From Nitrososphaerales archaeon (GTDB taxonomy: Archaea; Thermoproteota; Nitrososphaeria; Nitrososphaerales; UBA213), in contig CBDAOC010000016.1 of the NCBI GenBank assembly GCA_965197925.1, positions 1-64,000 of the forward strand: 64,000 nt of DNA. The letters are read 5' to 3'. Shown here piece by piece: positions 36,906 to 45,695 of the stretch (position 1 is the first letter of the stretch; the number at the start of each line of letters is the position of its first letter). Made by a program: the position numbers and the translations under genes. The notes below the pieces were generated by a model. That model did no database searches, was not told the origin of the DNA, and saw nothing but the letters and a program-made list of their open reading frames with translations.

Positions 36906-37289
36906 ATGACACAAAAATCCACAAGTCCTAATTTAGATCCAACGTATCAGGAGACAACACTACTTGCAGAAGTAACTTCAGATCCTATCCAAATAGTGGA
37001 CAAAAACAACAATGAAATTACATATTACCGCGTAGCGGTTAATCATTACTACACACACCCAACAACAAAAGAAAACAGAGTTTTCGTTAACAAATTTACT
37101 TGTGAAGTAAGAGGAGATGTTGCTAGCGACATGGCTGATAAGTATGTTCGCATAGGTGACATAGTATTAGTAGTAGGCAACATAGGTATTGATACAGGAA
37201 ATCGTAATAACAACGATAATGTAACAACTCCACAACTATTACTAAAAGTCCGTATACAAAAAATAATTCAAACATCCGACGCAGATTAA
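36906..37289 (+). CDS. Second, divergent SSB-like OB-fold protein
   Basis: YRVAVNHYY, FTCEVRGDVA and YVRIGDIVLVVGNI; lacks an acidic tail. Confidence 0.7.
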   Translation: MTQKSTSPNLDPTYQETTLLAEVTSDPIQIVDKNNNEITYYRVAVNHYYTHPTTKENRVFVNKFTCEVRGDVASDMADKYVRIGDIVLVVGNIGIDTGNRNNNDNVTTPQLLLKVRIQKIIQTSDAD

Positions 37290-37321
37290 TTAACTAAATT
37301 ACAACATTACAAAGGAACAAA

Positions 37322-38014
37322 ATGCCAGTATCAGAAGTAAATATCACGGTCGACACTCGAGATTTCCTCGACTACAATCTAGTTGCTGGAGCCTATAGAG
37401 TCGCCCTTGAAAGAAATCAAGGACAAATAGGAATCTTTAACCTTGACCGCAAAACGTACGACGAATATGACGCCGCCGCCGCCGCAATAGGGTACGCATT
37501 GGAATCAATCCATGAACCCTTGGCAAACGAGAACATTTTCAATTACAACATCACTATCCATAGTGAGTACGGCCACGGCTTGTGGGCAACGCTCATGGAA
37601 AAGAAAGTACAGGCTTACGAGCATCTGTACCGAAAAATGAATGCCAATCCCAACGTAACCGTACGTACGGGACTTACCCGTCCAGGTAACAACCCATTGC
37701 GCAATCACACTTACATCGCAGCCATCAAGGGTTTGACCGATGTAGAACTTCCTGCAACCCTCGCTGACACCAACCCACATCAATGGTTCACCTTGCAAAA
37801 GGTATTCTCCGAATGTTATGGGCCTATCACCAGCATTGGCACCCCTGCAACCGACAACCTAGTAACCAACACGATGGAATTCGATCGCATCAAGCAGGAA
37901 ACTCCCGACGTTCACTATGCTCTTCGCCGGGCTGTTGAACATCTACAAAGCCGTCAGGGCGTAGGTAACTCTGAACAAAAGCAAGAGCTTAGTCTCACCG
38001 CTGCGGTTCAGTAA
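37322..38014 (+). CDS. Hypothetical protein, possibly degenerate RNase H-like fold
   Basis: ITVDT..GAY, A.AAIGYALESI and ITIHSEY follow RNase H topology but lack the full set of catalytic acids. Confidence 0.35.
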   Translation: MPVSEVNITVDTRDFLDYNLVAGAYRVALERNQGQIGIFNLDRKTYDEYDAAAAAIGYALESIHEPLANENIFNYNITIHSEYGHGLWATLMEKKVQAYEHLYRKMNANPNVTVRTGLTRPGNNPLRNHTYIAAIKGLTDVELPATLADTNPHQWFTLQKVFSECYGPITSIGTPATDNLVTNTMEFDRIKQETPDVHYALRRAVEHLQSRQGVGNSEQKQELSLTAAVQ

Positions 38015-38063
38015 TAACCTACGAGCTGGGACACGTCCTAGTGTATACAGGAATACAAATCCG

Positions 38064-38072
38064 TGGTATACT
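38064..38072 (+). promoter_or_regulatory. Extended -10 sigma70-type promoter for the tRNA-Tyr operon
   Basis: TGGTATACT 8 nt upstream of tRNA-Tyr; similar TGNTANNNT at 38905 and 62444. Confidence 0.6.
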
Positions 38073-38080
38073 ATACAAAT

Positions 38081-38167
38081 GAGAGGGTCAGATAGCGGCA
38101 ATTCTAGTGGGCTGTAACCCCACCGACCGAGAGGTCTACGTTGGTTCGAGTCCAACTCCTTTCACCA
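38081..38167 (+). tRNA. tRNA-Tyr(GUA)
   Basis: GTGGG-CTGTAAC-CCCAC, long variable arm, A73 CCA. Confidence 0.92.
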
Positions 38168-38168
38168 T

Positions 38169-38242
38169 GGGCTAGTAGTCGAACAGAAAGACGCCGGGCG
38201 TGGAGTCCGGAGAAGGTAGTGCAATTCTATCCTAACCCACCA
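38169..38242 (+). tRNA. Non-canonical tRNA-like gene (anticodon UGG, G33, aberrant T-loop)
   Basis: GGGCTAG/CTAACCC acceptor, CCGGG-CGTGGAG-TCCGG, GGTAG-TGCAATT-CTATC, ACCA. Confidence 0.55.
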
Positions 38243-38243
38243 C

Positions 38244-38278
38244 GGGCAAGAGACAGGGAAACCTTCTCTTGCCCACCA
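38244..38278 (+). ncRNA. CCA-ended minihelix 1
   Basis: GGGCAAGAGA-C-AGG-GAAA-CCT-TCTCTTGCCC-ACCA. Confidence 0.75.
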
Positions 38279-38283
38279 ATCAT

Positions 38284-38360
38284 ACCGGATAAGACTCAAA
38301 ATTAGAGCTATGAACCTGATACGTTCGTGCGTACTAGTTGAAATACTAGTTCCGGTGCCA
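38284..38360 (+). tRNA. Non-canonical tRNA-Ile(GAU)-like copy 1
   Basis: ATGAAC-CTGATAC-GTTCGT 6-bp anticodon stem; ACCGGA/TCCGGT acceptor; GCCA. Confidence 0.6.
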
Positions 38361-38361
38361 T

Positions 38362-38395
38362 GGGAGAGTTCGGTTAACTCTGAGTTCTCCCACCA
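38362..38395 (+). ncRNA. CCA-ended minihelix 2
   Basis: GGGAGAGTTCGG-TTAACT-CTGAGTTCTCCC-ACCA (12 bp including G-U pairs). Confidence 0.7.
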
Positions 38396-38400
38396 TTTAT

Positions 38401-38479
38401 GTGAGGTAAGTCTCAACATTAGAGCTATGAACCTGATACGTTCATGTGTGAGAGGTGAAAGTCCTCTACCCTCACCCCA
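38401..38479 (+). tRNA. Non-canonical tRNA-Ile(GAU)-like copy 2
   Basis: Nearly the same D/anticodon arm as copy 1 but a different acceptor and T arm; CCCA end. Confidence 0.6.
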
Positions 38480-38633
38480 TTTACTGACAGAACCCTATAC
38501 GCCTCTTCATCATGCGCACCAAATAGGGTCATATCGTACCTAAGTATTGTGCACAAATATTTAGGTGACACAAAAACCCTGTCCTGGCCTCTGAGTATTC
38601 GGAGACCAGGACATTAATTATACCCACTATAAG

Positions 38634-38672
38634 GGTAACGCGTTATTCCACCGTGATATACCCTTTTAAAAC
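38634..38672 (+). promoter_or_regulatory. Bipartite motif copy 3: GGTAACGCGTTATTCC-N17-TAAAAC
   Basis: As copy 1; precedes structured non-coding block 38684-38877. Confidence 0.7.
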
Positions 38673-39363
38673 ACAGACTACCCCGCTCGTCACATTGTTC
38701 TCATAGACACCCTGAATTAACATGTAGCCTAGAACTACGACTGATTCCGGTTCATACCTCTGTATATTTAGAGAATGTAGAGATAAACCTCCTACTCGTG
38801 ACATTCAATGAGATAGCTGAGCTACTTCGTAAGTAACTTAGAGCGTGTGGGAGAGTGCCTCCACTCCGCGACACGCAACGCATACATTATCTAATAACAT
38901 AACATGCTATACTAAAAGAAAGGAGAAACTATGTTAGACTATTATTTAGAAAAAAACCACAACCACACCGATACACATGTAGTACAAGCATATCACGACA
39001 CAATTAACGAAGAGTTAGAACACCCACACACGTCGACCATCATTCTTCAACCTGAAGAGGCAAAAAAGTCTATGCCAGATAACGACGTAATAAATGATAT
39101 TTTAGAACACAGTATGCATCCAAAATTTGAAATGTATTAAATGTGACAACAAACCTAATACCAACGATTGCAGAGCAATACACAGTACTAGATTTCAAAA
39201 ACAGAAAAAGATTAAACAAGATATTAACAGGCTATAAAATTTTACAATATAGTGGCTACTTACGAACACAAATCACTGTACTAAAATTCAAAGACAACTC
39301 TGAACTAACTCATTGCAAAGGAAAATACTACATAACCTAGCGCACACAACAAGGATGTGCAAC

Positions 39364-39936
39364 ATGGCAACCGCAAAGAAGAAACAAAATCAACCTATAC
39401 CAACGGTAATGATTTACACTGATGGATCGTGTTCACCTAACCCAGGCATAGGTGGATGGGCTGGTATAATCACACACCAAAACTATCAGCGTGAATTGTT
39501 TGGCGGATTCCAGCATACTAGCAGCAATAGAATGGAGATGATGGCATTTCTCAAATGCCTAGAATCTTTAACACGAAAACACGTTGTTTATCTATACTCT
39601 GATAGCAGATATCTAGTAACACCAATTCAACAGGGAAAAATTAAACAGTGGCTAAAAGCTAGCAACTCTGGTAAATTTGTGAAGAACATTGATCTATGGC
39701 GCAAACTGCTATATTATAGCAGAGAGCATATTATACATGCTACATGGGTTAAAGGACACAATAAAAACACCAACAACGAACGATGTGACAAACTAGCCAA
39801 GATGATACGTACCACACAGGATAAATCGCTCCTAGAAATAGACACGGAGTATGTAAAGTCAATACAAACAGCCAATTACCCGAAGTCAAATGTACCGCCT
39901 GTAGTGCAACAGGAATCTCTGTTACAACATGCTTAA
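39364..39936 (+). CDS. rnhA: Ribonuclease HI
   Basis: IYTDGSCSPNPG.GGW, NRME, SDSRY, KNIDLW and WVKGH...NERCDKLA. Confidence 0.95.
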   Translation: MATAKKKQNQPIPTVMIYTDGSCSPNPGIGGWAGIITHQNYQRELFGGFQHTSSNRMEMMAFLKCLESLTRKHVVYLYSDSRYLVTPIQQGKIKQWLKASNSGKFVKNIDLWRKLLYYSREHIIHATWVKGHNKNTNNERCDKLAKMIRTTQDKSLLEIDTEYVKSIQTANYPKSNVPPVVQQESLLQHA

Positions 39937-39948
39937 AATGTAGAACAC

Positions 39949-40878
39949 GTGGCATATGTAACAAATGCTACAGGAAAGAACATGGCATCTCATGCACAAA
40001 AGAAAGAACTTAATTTAGGCGTAGGCCTGAGATATCCGGTCTTCGTGGGGTCAGGAGTAGTTTTATTTACTAGAGATATAACTTCAACTGACCCCGAGTT
40101 TCAAGTAATCCTACACGCCACAGCAACTGCTACACAGATGGCAGGCCCAAAAATACTCAGCAAAGAACCACCCAAAGCATCAGTAGGATACGACAAGAAA
40201 ACAAATAGAGTTATAACCTACTACAGTTATCCACAGGCGTGTATAACAACAGAAGAATGTATAGACATAGTAAACAGAATCAAAACACTACCGTATCCAG
40301 AACATATGTTAGACAGAACCAAACAACGAAATATTATTCTGAACTATGACTTCAATAACACATTAATAGATGATAAATGTTTAGTTCAACTACTTAACGC
40401 ACCTCACTTATTCTATGCAATAGAACTAACATGCAATAAAGTACCAGATAACTTAATAGATGTAAACACAAAAATACGCAAAATAAAAAAGTACCTACCC
40501 ACTACCAAAGTATGGTTAAAATTACCGCATCCAACAGACGTACAAGACACAACATATCTAACACAATTAACAGCACCAGATGCAATCGTACTAGGACAAG
40601 GACGCCCGGCCGTTAACGAAAATATAGAGACATTCAATCCTACAAAGCCCACCTTGGAAGCGGGAACACACTTATACCAGAGTACCTGTGCAACAGTAAT
40701 CTCTTGTCGAGAAAACATGCAAGTACCAATGATCGTAGGTGGCGGAATCCATACAGACGCACAAGTTATGGAACTATTAAAATACGGAGCATCAGGAGTA
40801 CAAGTAACTAGTGCTATATGTAAAAATTGGATGAACACTATATCTTTATACAAGAAACTACGCAAATCCTACCGATAA
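39949..40878 (+). CDS. Divergent dihydroorotate dehydrogenase-like TIM-barrel protein
   Basis: L.L..PVFVGSG, VWLKL and PMIVGGGIHT...ELLKYGASGVQVTSA; the catalytic N/SCPN motif appears eroded (ELTCN). Confidence 0.55.
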   Translation: MAYVTNATGKNMASHAQKKELNLGVGLRYPVFVGSGVVLFTRDITSTDPEFQVILHATATATQMAGPKILSKEPPKASVGYDKKTNRVITYYSYPQACITTEECIDIVNRIKTLPYPEHMLDRTKQRNIILNYDFNNTLIDDKCLVQLLNAPHLFYAIELTCNKVPDNLIDVNTKIRKIKKYLPTTKVWLKLPHPTDVQDTTYLTQLTAPDAIVLGQGRPAVNENIETFNPTKPTLEAGTHLYQSTCATVISCRENMQVPMIVGGGIHTDAQVMELLKYGASGVQVTSAICKNWMNTISLYKKLRKSYR

Positions 40879-40905
40879 ATAATAACAACAAAGAGGTGAT
40901 GTTAC

Positions 40906-42072
40906 ATGCCACTACGATACGTAACCGGAAACCTACTAAAAAGTGACGCCCAAGCTCTCATCAACACTGTAAACTGTATGGGTGTAATGGGGAAAGGTAT
41001 AGCAAAACAATTTAAAGACATGTACCCTGACAATTACAAGCGATACAAATACGCCTGTGATAAAAATCTAGTACAAACGGGTGCACTCTTTATAACACTA
41101 GATCACACATCTAACAAAACAATAATCAACCTGCCTACAAAACAAGATTGGAAAAATCCCAGCGAAATCGAATGGATTATCGAAGGACTTCGCGCATTGC
41201 GTGAATTTCTACAGAATATGAACATGTCCGTAGCACTCCCACCATTAGGATGTGGAAACGGCGGTCTCGATTGGGAAGCACAAGTACATCCACTCGTCAT
41301 AGAGATATTAGGAGATTTAACAATGGACATTCAAGTATACGCACCTCAACCAGTAGAACCTACTTCCGCCCCAAAAAATATCCAAGGACTTCGCGTACAA
41401 GTAACCGGTGGAAGAGAGTATAACGTTGTTTCTGCAATCAGACTTGCACTAGCAACCCTTAGCCCCGTTGAAATTATACATGGAGCTGCTCGCGGTGCCG
41501 ATACTCTCGCAGGACAGTACGGAGAAGCTATAGGAATCAAAGTTTCAAAGTTCCCTGCTGATTGGGACAAGCACGGCAAAGCTGCTGGAGCCATACGCAA
41601 CGAACAAATGTTGCTTGAATCTAAACCAGACGTAGTACTTGCATTCAACGGCAACAGTGGCACCGACCACATGAAAACCACTGCACATAAACACGGTTAC
41701 CCAGTAATACTATCAGATGACTATGGAAACCTACAGTTTGATACCCGAGTACATAACATGCGAAACACGAACAACCAATGTCCGACAGGTTTCGTACGTG
41801 TAGACAGAGGTACTAAGTGGGGCAATCCTAATAAAATCACCCTTGATACTCCAGAAGAACACGGACGAGTATTAGCACTATACGAAGATCGTATTAGAAG
41901 CATGATTGATTTCCATACAAACACTACCAATGAACTAGCAAAACTGGCCGGACGAACGCTAGCTTGCTGGTGCTATCCCAATTCATGCCATGCAAACATC
42001 ATCGCATACTACGCAAACTACTATGGCATGGCCGCACTACCAACTCCTGCAAGAATTCTAGGACTAGAATAA
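40906..42072 (+). CDS. Macro domain (DarG-like) + SLOG/DUF2493 + DUF4326 fusion
   Basis: NTVNCMGVMGKGIA, NLPTK.DW, PPLGCGNGGLDW; VTGGR, IHGAARGAD, ADWDKHGKAAGAIRN; VDRGTKWGNP, LACWCYP..CHA. Confidence 0.85.
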   Translation: MPLRYVTGNLLKSDAQALINTVNCMGVMGKGIAKQFKDMYPDNYKRYKYACDKNLVQTGALFITLDHTSNKTIINLPTKQDWKNPSEIEWIIEGLRALREFLQNMNMSVALPPLGCGNGGLDWEAQVHPLVIEILGDLTMDIQVYAPQPVEPTSAPKNIQGLRVQVTGGREYNVVSAIRLALATLSPVEIIHGAARGADTLAGQYGEAIGIKVSKFPADWDKHGKAAGAIRNEQMLLESKPDVVLAFNGNSGTDHMKTTAHKHGYPVILSDDYGNLQFDTRVHNMRNTNNQCPTGFVRVDRGTKWGNPNKITLDTPEEHGRVLALYEDRIRSMIDFHTNTTNELAKLAGRTLACWCYPNSCHANIIAYYANYYGMAALPTPARILGLE

Positions 42073-42334
42073 ATGGCAAAAGTTACCTATGGTATAAGTG
42101 GGTACAAAGTACCAACGAAACCATACACACGACACACATGGCCTACCATACTTAACCCACACCATAAAGGTAGAGGTAAAATGGGAGACGGCCTATCTCA
42201 CAGCAAAATACACAGTAATTGTGTAGTACGAGCAGAACTGCTGCAAGCCCAAATAAACAGACTTGAAGATAGAATAGCTAAGATGGAAGCGCACTTAGCA
42301 TTGTACACACCATTACGATAAACAACCAAGGAGC

Positions 42335-45187
42335 ATGATGAACCAGTTCAATGCACCCGCATCGAATTACCCCGTCAAAGAATCGCTTGGCCCTTTTAAC
42401 GAAGCACAGCTTAAGCAACAATTCATTGACAACACCTCCCTCTCCTCAATCATTGAACCAACGGGCATCTACTCCTCCAGTGGATACGTTGAGTGGAAAA
42501 GATCTCCACTCAACTCCCTAACCTTTCTCGTAGGAAACGAATTTGGATTCAATGACTCAGCAATTGTCCATTGGGAACTAGGAACCGACGAACGTGGTAA
42601 CATCTCCATTGATCACACGATGGAAATGATCGCCCGATTTAATCGTACCTTCGACTATAAAAGCTACGCATTCCGTTGGCCCAACAGTGGCATAACTGAA
42701 TGTTTATTCCGAGGCAACACCCACTCTCTTAGAGAGCCATTACACGAAGCTTTGGGACTTAAATTTGACTACCGTAAAAAGGTTGGCAAAGGTAAGAAAA
42801 GGATGCACATCTTTGGACTATCTCAAGGTGCGTTCCTAAACAACCAACCAAGTAGTGGAAGAGAAGTACATCTCAGTCCCGATTGCACGCTCACATGGGC
42901 ACTCGAACCCGCAGCCCTCAATGATACCAACGACGGCGGTGGTTCTTGCACCAAGAGTGGACTGAAGAAGATACTGGACAACAGCAACATTCCTTACACG
43001 AATGAAAGCTTCAAGAAAATAGACAGCGTACAACTAGTAATTGTTACTGCTGAACATATCATCAAAGGAATCTTTGTCGTAGTAGATGACAATGTCATCC
43101 CAAACAACATTGATCTACTGGTACCTGAACCTTCGCTAGTATATGAACTAGTTAGTGACAAGTATACTATGGGAAAGGTCAACCTAATCAACCGTAAGAA
43201 GAACAAGAACTGGGTAACGATGGAACCACTCCAAGTAGTACCTAACTTCCTGAACTTCACCGATCACAATGAAGTTGCACATGAAATACATCGGGCATCC
43301 TTACAAGCTGAGACCGATATATACAATGAAATCATAGCTGGAAAATCTCTGTTGGAGCATTATGATCAAATCGTAGACGACAGAACTGTACTTCCATACG
43401 CCTTCGAACTAGATGAACTCCACAATCTGGAAGACATGGAGTTATCCGAAGAGATGAGAGCATTTGTAAAAGCCTCTGCACAGGCTGGCAACAACTCACC
43501 ATATGCCAACACCGTGTTGATGGAACAAACAATGTCTGGCACCTATAGGCACATCCAGAAGCTGATCAAGCATTGGAAAGGTTTGCCTGGAATTATTATC
43601 AGTGGTGGTAGACACTACATAACGTACGCACCGCACGCCGGTGTAGCAGACCCACCTTTGGGCTATCTAGGAATCATATACTGGGACGACAAATGTGACA
43701 CATGTGGAAGCAAAACGTGTCACAACCACTTTGAGAGAGATATACGCCGTATATCAATCAACCCAGAAGACTGCGATGCCCACACTCGTGACCTACTAGA
43801 CGGATTTGACATGGATGATTCGTGCTTCTGGGCACTACTACGCAGGCCCGACGGTCAGCTAGTAGCTTGGATTGGACGCAACCCTATGTCTCCCGACAGA
43901 GGACTCATACTTACTATCATGCAACAGGATGAAAACATCCTAATGCGCAGAGGATACAAAGCCCTAACCCAGACAGGTGAATGGAAAATACCTGATCTCT
44001 GGAAGATAGAAGAAACCTTAAAACTTGGTGAATTGAAAGATATTCCCGAGTGGACTTGGGACGACAAAGCCGACCTCGAAACTTGCTTCACTTTGTCCAG
44101 TAAAACAGGTGGCCTCGGCCAACTGGCACTGTACACTAGTGCATTTCAATACACCGGACAGTGGGATGTAAATAGACACCACATTCTTAACTCCAATGTA
44201 GTAGATGCACAAGTAAATGCTGATGCAGACGTAGAATGGACTGTTCAAGTAATGCACAAAGACTTCATAACCACTTTCGTAGAGGAAAAGAAGTTAATGA
44301 GCAAGTATATTGCTACCCGTATGGAACGCATGTTTGCGGCCACCGGTATAAGCAAGGATGCCTTCGTCTACGGCAACTCCCCTCGCTTGGATGCAATGGC
44401 TGCCAGTTTACAGATTACAGACACTGATCTGTATAATCGTGACGAAATCCGTAAACTGCTATCCAATGGCACAGCCTCACGATTGACCATGCAATTGAAC
44501 GAGAACATAGTCACGATAGTTCTCACGCTTGCGAAACAAGTGCGCCACCTATGGACTACACACTTCGCACTCATCAATGAGTACGATGCAGCCCTTGCAT
44601 GTGGTGACATTGACGAAGAACTGCACGATACCTTCGTCACCAACTCAAGAAAAGAAGTAGCCAGAGTAGTAAAGGTACTAATACAGACTACTTACACCCG
44701 TGCCCTCGAACTCCCTGACTATAATGTTGGTGAATTCGCCGCAGCTTGGATGCAGATTCAAGCTAGTAAAGCAACTCGCTTCCGTGTCTTCGAAGACCAG
44801 AAGTTTGCTAGGCCTATATCTGCAACCCCACTAATCAATCTACCAGTAGAAGAGATCTTAACCTGCTTTTACAGCACGTACACTCAACCTACTTGGATCA
44901 CTAGGATGGTCGGAAACGATTTCCTTATCCCAGGTGGTGTATATAGTGTAGAACAAGATGAAACAGGTATCATATACCTACTCGATGGTGACAAAAACAT
45001 CGCTGGAACTTTGCTTCCAGAATCCGATCCCATAGTTGGTCAAGTAGTACAATACGTAGCCAACATACCTCGTCATCACAACTGGACTGATGGTAGCACT
45101 GAAAACTGGGACGCCAGAGAGAACTGTGGTGTATTTAACATAAACCACACCATCTGGCAAGAAAAGAATACAGAAATAGCGGGGTAA
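42335..45187 (+). CDS. Large protein, candidate single-chain two-barrel (YonO/cellular RdRP-like) RNA polymerase
   Basis: Ordered motifs NDGGG, IIKGIFVV and LDGFDMDD followed by GRNP; 950 aa. Confidence 0.45.
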   Translation: MMNQFNAPASNYPVKESLGPFNEAQLKQQFIDNTSLSSIIEPTGIYSSSGYVEWKRSPLNSLTFLVGNEFGFNDSAIVHWELGTDERGNISIDHTMEMIARFNRTFDYKSYAFRWPNSGITECLFRGNTHSLREPLHEALGLKFDYRKKVGKGKKRMHIFGLSQGAFLNNQPSSGREVHLSPDCTLTWALEPAALNDTNDGGGSCTKSGLKKILDNSNIPYTNESFKKIDSVQLVIVTAEHIIKGIFVVVDDNVIPNNIDLLVPEPSLVYELVSDKYTMGKVNLINRKKNKNWVTMEPLQVVPNFLNFTDHNEVAHEIHRASLQAETDIYNEIIAGKSLLEHYDQIVDDRTVLPYAFELDELHNLEDMELSEEMRAFVKASAQAGNNSPYANTVLMEQTMSGTYRHIQKLIKHWKGLPGIIISGGRHYITYAPHAGVADPPLGYLGIIYWDDKCDTCGSKTCHNHFERDIRRISINPEDCDAHTRDLLDGFDMDDSCFWALLRRPDGQLVAWIGRNPMSPDRGLILTIMQQDENILMRRGYKALTQTGEWKIPDLWKIEETLKLGELKDIPEWTWDDKADLETCFTLSSKTGGLGQLALYTSAFQYTGQWDVNRHHILNSNVVDAQVNADADVEWTVQVMHKDFITTFVEEKKLMSKYIATRMERMFAATGISKDAFVYGNSPRLDAMAASLQITDTDLYNRDEIRKLLSNGTASRLTMQLNENIVTIVLTLAKQVRHLWTTHFALINEYDAALACGDIDEELHDTFVTNSRKEVARVVKVLIQTTYTRALELPDYNVGEFAAAWMQIQASKATRFRVFEDQKFARPISATPLINLPVEEILTCFYSTYTQPTWITRMVGNDFLIPGGVYSVEQDETGIIYLLDGDKNIAGTLLPESDPIVGQVVQYVANIPRHHNWTDGSTENWDARENCGVFNINHTIWQEKNTEIAG

Positions 45188-45695
45188 CAACCCCGCTATT
45201 GGACAATACAAATGCCTTCAAAATTACCACAATCAATTGTACCTACAACGCCAAACGATACAAACATATTCAGAACAGAACTGCTTAATGCAGATCTATC
45301 TAAAAAGCAAAAGTCAACTCTAATCCACTTGATTGACATACACCCACAAATATTCCCTAGTACCTTACAGAAGTGTTTAAGTATACGACTAAACGTAGAC
45401 ACACTAAAACCTTATGCTCAATATAGACTACACAACAAACATAGAAAGTCATTAAGCACACACTATGACTCTGTTGAAATCATTGTACCATTGGACACAC
45501 CACCTAAGAGTACTGTAACATTAATCGGTGTACAACGGCCATACCATACGCCTAACACTCTAATACAAGATGTGGACAACGTTGACATGGCTTTCAATGC
45601 TACAAAAATAGAATCATGGCACACAATAATGGACAAACTACGTCCTATGCTTGTACATAATATAGACACACATAGAATGTATACACAGTACTACG

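Noticed and set aside
38162..38543. ORFs 38162-38419 and 38310-38543 with a repeated MNLIRSCV peptide
   Set aside because: These are artefacts of the two duplicated tRNA-Ile-like anticodon arms; the region is RNA genes.
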